Origin: an uncultured virus (IMG/VR IMGVR_UViG_3300029305_005420)
Taxonomy: Duplodnaviria > Heunggongvirae > Uroviricota > Caudoviricetes
DNA: 64,000 bases
IMG/VR virus record: IMGVR_UViG_3300029305_005420
Direction: 5' to 3' (one strand)
Part shown: piece after piece, positions 18,577 to 27,449 of the stretch
How the letters are laid out: every line of letters begins with the position of its first letter
Position numbering within the stretch: the first letter of the stretch is position 1
Position numbers and translations under genes: made by a program
Notes under the pieces: model-generated
What the model saw: only the letters and a program-made list of their open reading frames with translations
What the model was told of the DNA's origin: nothing
Database searches by the model: none

Positions 18577-19374
18577 TTGAGTCAAGAATTTAATAAACAA
18601 CTTATGTTAGATAACATCTCCTTTATGCTCAAAGAGCTGGGCAAGAAAATCGGTGAGTTTGAAGCTGAAGCCGGTGTTAGTGCAGGGTATGTGTCCCGTA
18701 TGAGCAAAGAGGACTCCAAAAAACCTGCTGTAGATTTTGTAATGAAAGCGGCAGAGGCTTTGAAAATAAGTGTCTCCACCCTTTTATCCGCTGACTTGTC
18801 TGTTATGTCTCCCACAGAAAGATACCTTGTAGGTTTTGTTGAAAAACTAACAAGTGACACAAGAGAGAGTAAATTAGCTTGGGATAGACAATCGCAGGAT
18901 TACCTTAATGATTTACCCTTGGACGACAACGGTGAACCATATCATCCTCTCTTTGATTTTGAACACTTCCAATTAACCTATGAGGACGAAAGCACAAAAA
19001 CCTTCAGAGAATGTGTATTTAAGTCTCGCACATTTGAATATTTTACCATACCTTATCAGTCAAGCTACGCTCTTAGAATGAAAAACGGTGCTATGCTGTA
19101 TGTGATGAATATCACTATAAGAAAGGAAAACAGAAACGAAGAAACGGATTATGCAAAAGAAATATGGATGTACAAGCCGGGCGTAGGAAGACAGTTCTTA
19201 TGTAGTAACAAGGAAGATTCTACCCTCGCATCTCTTATTGATGACCTTTATAAAGCTATTTTTGATTACTCAAAACATCCTATGGTAAAGAAAGGATTAA
19301 AAGAAGCCATCGACGCCTTCTTTAATGATGACCTTGAAGATGACCCCGTGTCAGACGACGGCTTGCCGTTTTAA
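18577..19374 (+). CDS. HTH (XRE-like) protein with large uncharacterised C-terminal domain; candidate prophage repressor
   Basis: KKIGEFEAEAGVSAGYVSRM..KP.VDFVMKAAEALKISVSTLL; TTG start after AAAGGGG. Confidence 0.75.
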   Translation: MSQEFNKQLMLDNISFMLKELGKKIGEFEAEAGVSAGYVSRMSKEDSKKPAVDFVMKAAEALKISVSTLLSADLSVMSPTERYLVGFVEKLTSDTRESKLAWDRQSQDYLNDLPLDDNGEPYHPLFDFEHFQLTYEDESTKTFRECVFKSRTFEYFTIPYQSSYALRMKNGAMLYVMNITIRKENRNEETDYAKEIWMYKPGVGRQFLCSNKEDSTLASLIDDLYKAIFDYSKHPMVKKGLKEAIDAFFNDDLEDDPVSDDGLPF

Positions 19375-19388
19375 TAGGAGGGTAATAG

Positions 19389-19583
19389 ATGAGGACTAAT
19401 ATGCTTAAAACTCCCGGTGGCATAAATCTCGGTCTTACCTACTTTAAAAATGATGGCAAACTTTACATCGAAGTTAAACAAGGCAAGAAAAAAGAAGAAG
19501 TGCCATGGGAACACTTGGCCGTAAACGCCTTTAAAAATGCTACTCATAAAGCAGAGAACCCACCCGATGAGGCTCTCGCTTAA
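19389..19583 (+). CDS. 64-aa basic microprotein, paralogue of 18156-18326
   Basis: RBS AGGAGG; KTP..I.LG......G.L...VK...K..E.V pattern shared. Confidence 0.75.
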   Translation: MRTNMLKTPGGINLGLTYFKNDGKLYIEVKQGKKKEEVPWEHLAVNAFKNATHKAENPPDEALA

Positions 19584-19631
19584 AAACTTAATACTGCTCT
19601 TTGCTACGAGCGAAATCGATTAACGAATTAC

Positions 19632-19687
19632 GCCGACATGAGCAAGCTACAGTTAAATTCTGTAGTTTGTTTGTGTCGGCTTTTTTT
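19632..19687 (+). terminator. 21-bp G-U-rich stem-loop plus T7
   Basis: GCCGACATGAGCAAGCTACAG / CTGTAGTTTGTTTGTGTCGGC-TTTTTTT. Confidence 0.8.
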
Positions 19688-19719
19688 ATTTTCTAAACTC
19701 TTAAAAAAATATATTCAAG

Positions 19720-19885
19720 CCTGAGTGTACATCAGGGCGAGGATACGGATATTGCACCTAAACCTTTTACCGGAGGTGGAGGTGTGAAATCGGTACCCTT
19801 ACCTTTGTGCACCCATTTTTAGCCGAGGTTTGGTACCGATTGGTATCAGACCTATTTTTATGCCTCGTCCTGACTGCATCAGCGG
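19720..19885 (+). ncRNA. Putative structured 5' leader of the sigma-like gene
   Basis: TCAGGGCGAGG pairs with CCTCGTCCTGA; inner ATCGGTACC/GGTACCGAT stem; ends just before the RBS. Confidence 0.45.
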
Positions 19886-19897
19886 AAAGGACCAGTC

Positions 19898-20287
19898 ATG
19901 AAAGTAGTTTACAAATTCGAAAAAGAAACAGTTGAAATCGAGGTGTCAGAGAAGTGGGCAAACATAGTCTTTGACCTCGACCGTCAAGAGTACAACAACG
20001 ACCACAAAGAAACACGCCGCCATTGTTCCTTCGAAGTGTATAGCTGTGAAGGTCACGAAGTAGCTGACAAAACAAATGTCGAGGAAGAGGCTCTTCAGAA
20101 TGTCGATTACAAAAACCTATATAAAGCGTTGGAAATGCTCGAACCTCGTCAGCGTTACCTAATTGAGGAGCATTTCTTTAAGGGTCGCACAAAGACCGCT
20201 ATTGCCGAGGAAGAGGGCGTTACAAAAGCGGCTGTTCGACAGGCGATTGAAAGAGCTGTAAAAAAATTAAGAAAATTTTTAGTTTAG
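19898..20287 (+). CDS. Sigma-70 region 4 / ECF-like phage sigma factor or activator
   Basis: LYKALEMLEPRQRYLI...FF.G.T..AIA.EEGVTK.AV...I.RA.KKL. Confidence 0.85.
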   Translation: MKVVYKFEKETVEIEVSEKWANIVFDLDRQEYNNDHKETRRHCSFEVYSCEGHEVADKTNVEEEALQNVDYKNLYKALEMLEPRQRYLIEEHFFKGRTKTAIAEEEGVTKAAVRQAIERAVKKLRKFLV

Positions 20288-20288
20288 A

Positions 20289-20330
20289 CCGTTTACTTTT
20301 GCCTTTCCCGTGGCTTAAGGGTGAAGGGGA
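20289..20330 (+). promoter_or_regulatory. Motif CCGTTTACTTTT-N7-CCGTGGC-N-TAA-R-GGT, candidate phage-sigma promoter (second copy at 54754)
   Basis: Ungapped match between the two sites. Confidence 0.6.
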
Positions 20331-20355
20331 TAAAAAATCCAACCCCTTGGAAAGG

Positions 20356-20565
20356 ATGATAAGAGTGAAGCACAAATTAAAAATAAGTGTTTCAGACAAA
20401 GCCAACAACGGCGGTGTAGTAGCTTGCAGGAAAGTCTCAATGAGACAGAGACTCCTCGACAAGCTACTCGGCCCCGTAAATCAGGTAACTGTCATAGTTC
20501 CCGGACAAACCGTTGATTGCATTGCTATCAGCGAGGTTCCTGAAGGAGGTTCTTGTGGTGAGTAA
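20356..20565 (+). CDS. Conserved phage hypothetical protein
   Basis: KHKLKISVS......GVVACR.V..R..LL..LLG....VTVIVPG..V; RBS GAAAGGA. Confidence 0.7.
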   Translation: MIRVKHKLKISVSDKANNGGVVACRKVSMRQRLLDKLLGPVNQVTVIVPGQTVDCIAISEVPEGGSCGE

Positions 20566-20854
20566 GATTAAACTCCTTCTTGATGTTGTTGAGAACCTGC
20601 ACAGCCTTGCCGACAGTATCCACGCTATCGCAAATGCAGTTATGGAAAACGACACCGAGGATACCGAACCGGAAGCTCCTACCGTAACAGAACAGCAAGT
20701 GCGAGATGTTCTCGTCAGAAAATCGCAGGACGGTTTCAAAGACGAATGTCGAGCCTTGATTCTAAAGTACGGAGCTACCAATGTTACCAACCTTAGTCCT
20801 CAACACTATGCTGAGGTGCTAAAAGAAGCGGAGGCGATTGGTAATGCCACCTAA
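20558..20854 (+). CDS. Phage hypothetical protein (often labelled rrp5-like)
   Basis: SKIKLLLDVV..L.SLADSI; VR.VL..KS..G.....RALI.KYGA...L.P.HY. Confidence 0.7.
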   Translation: MSKIKLLLDVVENLHSLADSIHAIANAVMENDTEDTEPEAPTVTEQQVRDVLVRKSQDGFKDECRALILKYGATNVTNLSPQHYAEVLKEAEAIGNAT

Positions 20855-21983
20855 TGCACACGCCATACTCTCCGCATCATCAGCTCACAGATGGATGAGC
20901 TGTACCCCATCCGCACGACTGGAGCAAGACTTCGAAGACAGAGAAACAGAAGCGGCGGCAGAAGGTACGGCGGCTCACGCCCTTTGTGAACACAAACTCA
21001 AACGAGCCTTGAAGATGCGTTCTACAAAACCGGTCAGCAAATACGACTGTGACGAAATGGACGAATACACAGACGACTATGTGCAGTTTGTTTTAGAGTC
21101 CATAGAAAATGCAAAACAGTACTGCAAAGACCCCACCATCCTTATTGAACAGAAGCTCGATTTTTCTTGTTATGTTCCTGACGGATTTGGCACCGGTGAC
21201 TGCCTTATTGTTTCCGATAAAGTCTTGCACATTATCGACTTTAAATACGGTCAAGGCGTTTTAGTTGAAGCTGAAAATAACCCACAGATGATGCTTTATG
21301 CTCTCGGTGCTCTGAAGCTGTTTGATTTCATTTATAACATCGACACAGTTTCAATGACCATCTTTCAACCCCGTAGAGAGAATGTCAGCACATGGACTAT
21401 AAGCGTTTCAGAGCTTCAACAATGGGCAGAGGACACACTTAAACCTAAAGCGGAACTTGCTTTTTCAGGTAACGGTGAGTTCGTCCCCGGTAGTTGGTGT
21501 CAGTTCTGCAAAGCGGCTGTTAAATGCCGAGCAAGAGCTGAAGATAACTTAAGACTCGCACAACATGAATTTAAACTGCCTCCCCTCCTTACAGATGCAG
21601 AAATCGAGGACATACTCTTAAAGCTCGATGACCTTACCAAATGGGCAAAAGAGATACTCGCCTATGCACAAGAGTCAGCAATAAGCCACGGCAAAGAGTG
21701 GCACGGATTCAAGTTGGTTGCAGGTCGCACAAACCGAAAATACACAGATGAAACCGCTGTTGCTCAAGCGGCTATGGATGCCGGGTATAAGGACATCTAT
21801 AAAAAGAGCCTCATCTCAATAACAGAGATGGAAAAGCTCATGGGCAAAAAGACCTTTTCTGAAGTGTTGGGCAACTTCGTAACGAAGCCCCAAGGCAAAC
21901 CCACGCTTGTTCCGACATCCGATAAGCGTGCGGCTATAAATGTAACGGGTGCAAACACAGATTTTAAAGAAATAAAGGAGTAA
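20844..21983 (+). CDS. DUF2800 family PD-(D/E)XK (Cas4-like) nuclease
   Basis: HA.LSASSAHRW..C, GTAAH, FGTGDC, IIDFKYG, N.QMMLYALGA, WCQFC....C. Confidence 0.88.
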   Translation: MPPNAHAILSASSAHRWMSCTPSARLEQDFEDRETEAAAEGTAAHALCEHKLKRALKMRSTKPVSKYDCDEMDEYTDDYVQFVLESIENAKQYCKDPTILIEQKLDFSCYVPDGFGTGDCLIVSDKVLHIIDFKYGQGVLVEAENNPQMMLYALGALKLFDFIYNIDTVSMTIFQPRRENVSTWTISVSELQQWAEDTLKPKAELAFSGNGEFVPGSWCQFCKAAVKCRARAEDNLRLAQHEFKLPPLLTDAEIEDILLKLDDLTKWAKEILAYAQESAISHGKEWHGFKLVAGRTNRKYTDETAVAQAAMDAGYKDIYKKSLISITEMEKLMGKKTFSEVLGNFVTKPQGKPTLVPTSDKRAAINVTGANTDFKEIKE

Positions 21984-21988
21984 TTATT

Positions 21989-22537
21989 ATGTCAAATATT
22001 CAGAAAAACACAACAAAAGTAGTAACAGGTATCGTCCGTCTTTCTTATGCGAATGTATGGGAAGCAGTATCCATTAACGGAGGTACTCCAAAGTACAGCG
22101 TGTCACTTATCATCCCTAAAAACGACACACAAACAATCAACGACATTAACGAGGCCATTGATAATGCAATCAAGGCAGGTATTGGTAAGTTCGGCGGTAA
22201 GATTCCAAACAAATCCGCACTTAAACTTCCTCTTCGTGACGGTGATATCGAGCGTGATGATGAAGCATATAAAAACAGCTTTTTCATTAATGCCAACAGC
22301 ACCTCTGCACCTCAGATTGTTGACCGTTCTGTAAAGCCTATTCTTGACAGAGCCGAAGTTTACTCAGGCTGTTATGCAAGAGTGTCAATTAACTTCTATG
22401 CCTTCAACTCAAACGGTAATCGTGGTATTGCCTGTGGCTTAGGTAACATTCAGAAGGTTGATGATGGCGAGCCTCTTGGCGGTAAGAGTTCAGCCGCTGA
22501 CGATTTCACAGCCGACTTTGACGACTTCCTTTCCTAA
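21989..22537 (+). CDS. DUF2815 family single-stranded DNA-binding protein
   Basis: RLSYANVW, KYSVSLIIPK, PLRDGD, YSGCYAR, GLGNIQK..DGEPL, acidic tail. Confidence 0.88.
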   Translation: MSNIQKNTTKVVTGIVRLSYANVWEAVSINGGTPKYSVSLIIPKNDTQTINDINEAIDNAIKAGIGKFGGKIPNKSALKLPLRDGDIERDDEAYKNSFFINANSTSAPQIVDRSVKPILDRAEVYSGCYARVSINFYAFNSNGNRGIACGLGNIQKVDDGEPLGGKSSAADDFTADFDDFLS

Positions 22538-22597
22538 GACATCCAAACAGGTGGTAGAGACAACTCTGCCACCTAAAGCTCTATACAAGGAGGACCT

Positions 22598-24538
22598 ATG
22601 AAAACATTATCAATTGACATCGAAACCTTCTCTTCCGAGAAGCTCAAAAAGTGTGGTGTGTACCGATATGTAGAAGCACCTGATTTTGAAATTTTACTGT
22701 TCGGATATTCCATTGACGGAGGCCCCGTGCAGGTGGTGGACTTCACCGCCGGTGAAAAGCTACCTCAAGATGTGTTTGATGCCCTCACAGACAACTCGGT
22801 TATTAAGTGGGCCTTTAATGCACAGTTTGAGAGGATATGCATTTCAAAATATTTAGGTTTGCATGTTGGCACTTACCTTGACCCAAGCTCGTGGAGATGC
22901 ACGATGGTGTGGTCAGCGACTCTCGGCTTACCTTTATCACTTGAAGCTGTGGGTGCTGTCCTTCAGTTAGAAAAGCAGAAGTTAAAAGAAGGCAAAGACC
23001 TCATCCGCTACTTTTGCACACCTTCTAAAAACCGCCTCGGTCAGCCTGTAAGACACCGCCCGGAAGATGCTCCTGAAAGATGGGAGCGTTTCAAGTATTA
23101 CAACAAGCGTGATGTCGAGACCGAACTTGCTATAAAAAAGCGATTGTCAAAGTTCCCTGTTCCTATAAGTGAATGGAACAACTACATCATAGACCAAGAG
23201 ATAAACGACAGAGGAATAAAACTCGATATGTGCTTGGTTGCAGGTGCCATCAAATGCAACGACAACTTCAAAGAAACACATATAGAAAAAGCAAGAGCCA
23301 TCACCGGTCTTGATAACCCTAACGCCCCTTTGCAGTTAAAAGACTGGCTGTCAGCAAACGGTGTCAAAACCGACAGTTTGTCAAAGGCTGTTGTATCTGA
23401 ACTGCTGAATGAAACTGAAGGTGATGTTAAAGAGGCTCTCGCACTCAGACAGGCTCTATCAAAAAGTAGTGTTAAAAAATACCATGCTATGGAAGCTGTC
23501 GTGTGTATGGATTTAAGAGCAAGAGGTCTTATTCAGTTTTATGGTGCAAATAGAACCGGCAGATATGCAGGAAGGCTTATACAGGTTCAGAACCTCCCTC
23601 AAAACCACCTTGACGATTTAGAAGGAGCAAGAAAGCTCGTAAAGGAAAGAAGGTTCAGCGAGATTGAAACTAACCACGGCCCTACTCCAAAAGTGCTATC
23701 GGAGCTTATTCGCACAGCCTTTGTCCCTTTGGCCGGATACTGCTTTTTTGTTGCTGACTTCGCCGCCATTGAAGCTCGTGTTATTGCTTGGATGGCAGGC
23801 GAGCAATGGAGACAGGATGTATTTGAGCAAGGTGGTGACATCTACTGTGCTTCCGCATCTCAGATGTTCCATGTACCAGTTGAAAAGAACGGTGTCAATG
23901 GACACTTAAGGCAAAAAGGCAAGATTGCTGAATTGGCCCTCGGCTACGGCGGTTCTGTCGGTGCTTTGAAAGCTATGGGTGCTCTAAACCTTGGTATTGC
24001 AGAGAGCGAGTTAAAACCCCTTGTTGATGCTTGGAGGCTTTCTAACCCCAAAATCGTCAAACTGTGGTGGGATATAGACAAAGCGGCAAAGACCTGCGTT
24101 AAAACCCGAAAGGCCACAAACGCTTATGGCATCGAGTTTACATACCAAAGCGGAATGCTTTTTATAAAGCTTCCTTCCGGCAGACAGCTTGTGTATGTAA
24201 AGCCTCTGATGGGAATCAACTCCTACGGAAGTGAAAGCCTTACATACGAGGGTATTGGTGAGCAGAAAAAGTGGTGTCGCCTTGAAACCTACGGCCCAAA
24301 GCTCGTAGAAAACATTGTTCAAGCTACTGCAAGAGACCTGCTCGCAGAGGCAATGGTCAGACTTAAAGATGCAGGATACAACATCGTTATGCATGTACAC
24401 GATGAAGTGGTTGTTGAGGCTCCTCCTACCGCTTCACTCGATGACATCTGCACCATTATGGCACAACCACCTTCTTGGGCAGAAGGTCTGCTGTTAAGAG
24501 CTGACGGTTATGTATGTGATTTTTATAAAAAGGATTAA
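22598..24538 (+). CDS. Phage family A DNA polymerase
   Basis: Exonuclease DIET and AFNAQFE; motifs A (DFAAIEAR), B (RQKGKIAELALGYGG), C (HVHDE). Confidence 0.95.
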   Translation: MKTLSIDIETFSSEKLKKCGVYRYVEAPDFEILLFGYSIDGGPVQVVDFTAGEKLPQDVFDALTDNSVIKWAFNAQFERICISKYLGLHVGTYLDPSSWRCTMVWSATLGLPLSLEAVGAVLQLEKQKLKEGKDLIRYFCTPSKNRLGQPVRHRPEDAPERWERFKYYNKRDVETELAIKKRLSKFPVPISEWNNYIIDQEINDRGIKLDMCLVAGAIKCNDNFKETHIEKARAITGLDNPNAPLQLKDWLSANGVKTDSLSKAVVSELLNETEGDVKEALALRQALSKSSVKKYHAMEAVVCMDLRARGLIQFYGANRTGRYAGRLIQVQNLPQNHLDDLEGARKLVKERRFSEIETNHGPTPKVLSELIRTAFVPLAGYCFFVADFAAIEARVIAWMAGEQWRQDVFEQGGDIYCASASQMFHVPVEKNGVNGHLRQKGKIAELALGYGGSVGALKAMGALNLGIAESELKPLVDAWRLSNPKIVKLWWDIDKAAKTCVKTRKATNAYGIEFTYQSGMLFIKLPSGRQLVYVKPLMGINSYGSESLTYEGIGEQKKWCRLETYGPKLVENIVQATARDLLAEAMVRLKDAGYNIVMHVHDEVVVEAPPTASLDDICTIMAQPPSWAEGLLLRADGYVCDFYKKD

Positions 24539-24550
24539 GGAGGTTTTATT

Positions 24551-26902
24551 TTGAAAATAGCAGTCGGCAATAGCCGTATGGATAAAAAGTGGAAAAACCG
24601 AGATATACCTTGGGAGGACTTTTGTAAAAAGGTCGGTTCCACCATAAGAACAACAGAGACTGTTGAGGAATACAGAAAACTCAAAAAAGGCAAACAGGAC
24701 GATATCAAAGATGTCGGCGGTTTTGTTGGCGGTCACCTTAAAGAAGGTAGACGAAAAAACGGTAATGTCCTGTGTCGCTCTATGCTTACTCTCGACATCG
24801 ACTACGGAACACCGGAATTTTGGGGAGAGTTCAAGATGTGGAATAACATCATGTGTTGTGTTTATTCAACCCATAAGCACACACCTGAAAACCCACGACT
24901 GCGACTTATCATTCCTCTTGCTCGTGAGGTAAGTGAGGATGAATACCCGGCTCTCGGCAGAATGGTTGCAAAGGAAATCGGCATCGACTTTTTTGATGAC
25001 ACCACCTACGAACCTTGTCGTCTAATGTATTGGCCATCAACCTCTGTAAACGGTGATTTTTTCTTTGACACCATTGAGGGCGAGCTTCTTAACCCGGACG
25101 AATATCTGTCAAAGTATAACGATTGGCGTGACACTTCAACTTGGCCTGTTTCAAGCAGACAGTCAGAGGTTATAAAACACAACCTTGCTCAACAAGCTGA
25201 CCCCGTAACAAAGCCGGGCGTTGTTGGCACCTTCTGTCGTGCATACCCTATCGAAGATGCACTCGACACATTCTTGTCGGATATTTATGAGCCGTCAACT
25301 ATGGACGGACGCTACGACTATGTTCCTGCAGATTCATCCGCAGGTCTCGTTATTTACGACAGCAAGTTTGCTTACAGCCATCACGCTACAGACCCTGTAT
25401 GCGGAAGGCTCCTCAATGCCTTTGACATCGTAAGGCTTCACCGCTTCGGTGAGCTTGATGACAAAGCATCACCTGATACACCCGTTGGAAGACTCCCTTC
25501 CTTTAAGGCTATGACAGAGTTTGCCTTGAAAGATAACAGAGTAAAAGAAGTGTATGCAGAAGAGCGTAAAGCTCAAGCAAACATAGAATTTACTGACGAG
25601 GATTGGGAGAACCACTTGGAGATTGATAAAAGTGGCAACATCAAAAACACACTCCGCAACCTCACTTTGATTTTAGAGAACGACAAAAACCTTACCTCCA
25701 TTGTTTTCAATCAGCTTTTGGATGGCATGGAAATAAAAGGTGATGTGCCTTGGAGCCACCCTTCAAAGTACTGGAGGGATGCTGACGATGCACAGCTCGT
25801 TTCTTACATTGACAAAACCTACGGAACCTTCTCAAAGAGAAACTATGACATTGCCGTTGCGAAGGTTACCGATGACCGTTCATATCACCCTATCCGCACA
25901 TTTATTGACAGCCTTCCTGAATGGGATGGTGAGAAGCGTTTAGACACTCTGCTCATCGACTACCTCGGAGCTGAAGATAACGAATACACAAGAGCCGTTA
26001 CAAGAAAAACAATCTGTGCGGCTATAAAGCGTGTGCTTGTACCCGGCTGTAAGTTTGACAGCATCCTTGTTCTTAATGGCCCACAAGGTATCGGTAAAAG
26101 TACCCTCATTGCAAAGCTCGCAGGTGAGTGGTTTTCTGACAGCTTGAACTTGAGCGACACAAAAGATAAAACCGCCGCCGAGAAACTGCAAGGCTATTGG
26201 ATTCTTGAAATCGGTGAGCTTGCAGGTCTTAAAAAGGCAGAGGTTGAAACCCTGCGTTCTTTCTTATCCCGTCAGAATGACATCTATCGTGCCTCCTTCG
26301 GTAGGAGAGCAACACCGCACCTTCGTCAATGTGTGTTCTTTGGCACAACTAACGCTGAATCAGGATACCTTCGTGATACCACAGGTAACCGCCGCTTTTG
26401 GCCTGTTAAGACACCGGGTAGTGGCAACAAACACTCGTGGGAACTCACACAATATGAAATCGAACAGATATGGGCAGAGGCTCTTGTCTATGTTAAAGGC
26501 GGCGAGAAGCTGTTTCTTGATGCAAAGATTGATGACCTCGCAAAGTCTGTACAGCGTGATGCTATGGAAGCCGATGAGCGTGAAGGTATTGTTAAAGAAT
26601 ACCTCGAAACTCTGCTCCCGGACGAGTGGGACAAAATGACTCTGTTTGAAAGACGAAACTTCCTTAGTGGTTCAGAGTTTGGCGAGTCTGTGCATATCGG
26701 AAAAGCCAAGCGTACTTGTGTTTCTAACATCGAGGTTTGGTGTGAGTGCTTTGGCAAGGACAGAGCTAATATCCGCAAACCTGACAGCCTTGAGCTTACA
26801 GGAATTTTAAAGAGACTCGGTTGGAAACGAGTGGAAAGCAAAATAAGGATACCTCTTTACGGACCACAGTTTGTTTTTGTTCCCAAGAACTGTTCCGATT
26901 GA
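24551..26902 (+). CDS. Primase-helicase, virulence-associated E (VapE) family
   Basis: N-terminal LDID..YSTHKH..PRLR primase-like domain; Walker A GPQGIGKST; TGNRRFWPV. Confidence 0.9.
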   Translation: MKIAVGNSRMDKKWKNRDIPWEDFCKKVGSTIRTTETVEEYRKLKKGKQDDIKDVGGFVGGHLKEGRRKNGNVLCRSMLTLDIDYGTPEFWGEFKMWNNIMCCVYSTHKHTPENPRLRLIIPLAREVSEDEYPALGRMVAKEIGIDFFDDTTYEPCRLMYWPSTSVNGDFFFDTIEGELLNPDEYLSKYNDWRDTSTWPVSSRQSEVIKHNLAQQADPVTKPGVVGTFCRAYPIEDALDTFLSDIYEPSTMDGRYDYVPADSSAGLVIYDSKFAYSHHATDPVCGRLLNAFDIVRLHRFGELDDKASPDTPVGRLPSFKAMTEFALKDNRVKEVYAEERKAQANIEFTDEDWENHLEIDKSGNIKNTLRNLTLILENDKNLTSIVFNQLLDGMEIKGDVPWSHPSKYWRDADDAQLVSYIDKTYGTFSKRNYDIAVAKVTDDRSYHPIRTFIDSLPEWDGEKRLDTLLIDYLGAEDNEYTRAVTRKTICAAIKRVLVPGCKFDSILVLNGPQGIGKSTLIAKLAGEWFSDSLNLSDTKDKTAAEKLQGYWILEIGELAGLKKAEVETLRSFLSRQNDIYRASFGRRATPHLRQCVFFGTTNAESGYLRDTTGNRRFWPVKTPGSGNKHSWELTQYEIEQIWAEALVYVKGGEKLFLDAKIDDLAKSVQRDAMEADEREGIVKEYLETLLPDEWDKMTLFERRNFLSGSEFGESVHIGKAKRTCVSNIEVWCECFGKDRANIRKPDSLELTGILKRLGWKRVESKIRIPLYGPQFVFVPKNCSD

Positions 26903-27143
26903 TGTTCCCATAGTTTTTTCACTCATAGGAACACGGAACAGGCTGTGTTCCCACTTACGGGAACGCCTACGGGAACAACCCAATGGGAACGCCCACGGGC
27001 TAAGTAATAGTGTGGTTCTTTGGCAGTCTTGTTCCTTTGTTCCTTTACTTTCTTTTAGATTGAAAAATAAAGAAATAAAGAGAAAAAGGCACACAAACAG
27101 GCGTATTCATCCATACACGCATGTGTGAGAAAAAAATGGGAAC
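26879..27143. repeat. Cluster of 12 GGAAC/GTTCC pentamers with AT-rich tract; putative phage replication origin
   Basis: Copies at 26879, 26892, 26904, 26928, 26935, 26947, 26960, 26972, 26986, 27031, 27039, 27139. Confidence 0.7.
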
Positions 27144-27155
27144 ACGGAGGTAAAA

Positions 27156-27449
27156 ATGAGAGAGTCAACAATTGAAAAGAAATTCGTTATGTCGGTAAAA
27201 GCAAAAGGAGGCCTCGCTCCCAAGTTTGTTAGTCCAAGCTATGATGGTATGCCTGACCGAATCGTGCTTTTACCACATGGCAAGATAGCATTTGTGGAGT
27301 TAAAGGCTACGGGCAAAAAGTTGAGACCTCTGCAAGTAAAGAGAAAAAGACAGTTAGAGTCACTCGGCTTTTTGGTTTACTGCTTAGATAACACCGAGCA
27401 AATTGAAATGCTTATAAATGACATCTTAAAGGGAGGTGACAGCAGTTGA
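27156..27449 (+). CDS. VRR-NUC domain nuclease
   Basis: E..IE, GMPDRIVL, FVELKA.GK..RPLQ. Confidence 0.92.
   Translation: MRESTIEKKFVMSVKAKGGLAPKFVSPSYDGMPDRIVLLPHGKIAFVELKATGKKLRPLQVKRKRQLESLGFLVYCLDNTEQIEMLINDILKGGDSS

Noticed and set aside
20844..21983. Cas4-like nuclease as evidence of a CRISPR-Cas system
   Set aside because: No cas1/cas2 or array; it is in the usual DUF2800-SSB-PolA phage replication context
26807..27128. 85-aa and 95-aa ORFs in the primase-VRR-NUC gap
   Set aside because: Overlie the GGAAC repeat cluster, no RBS or protein-like features
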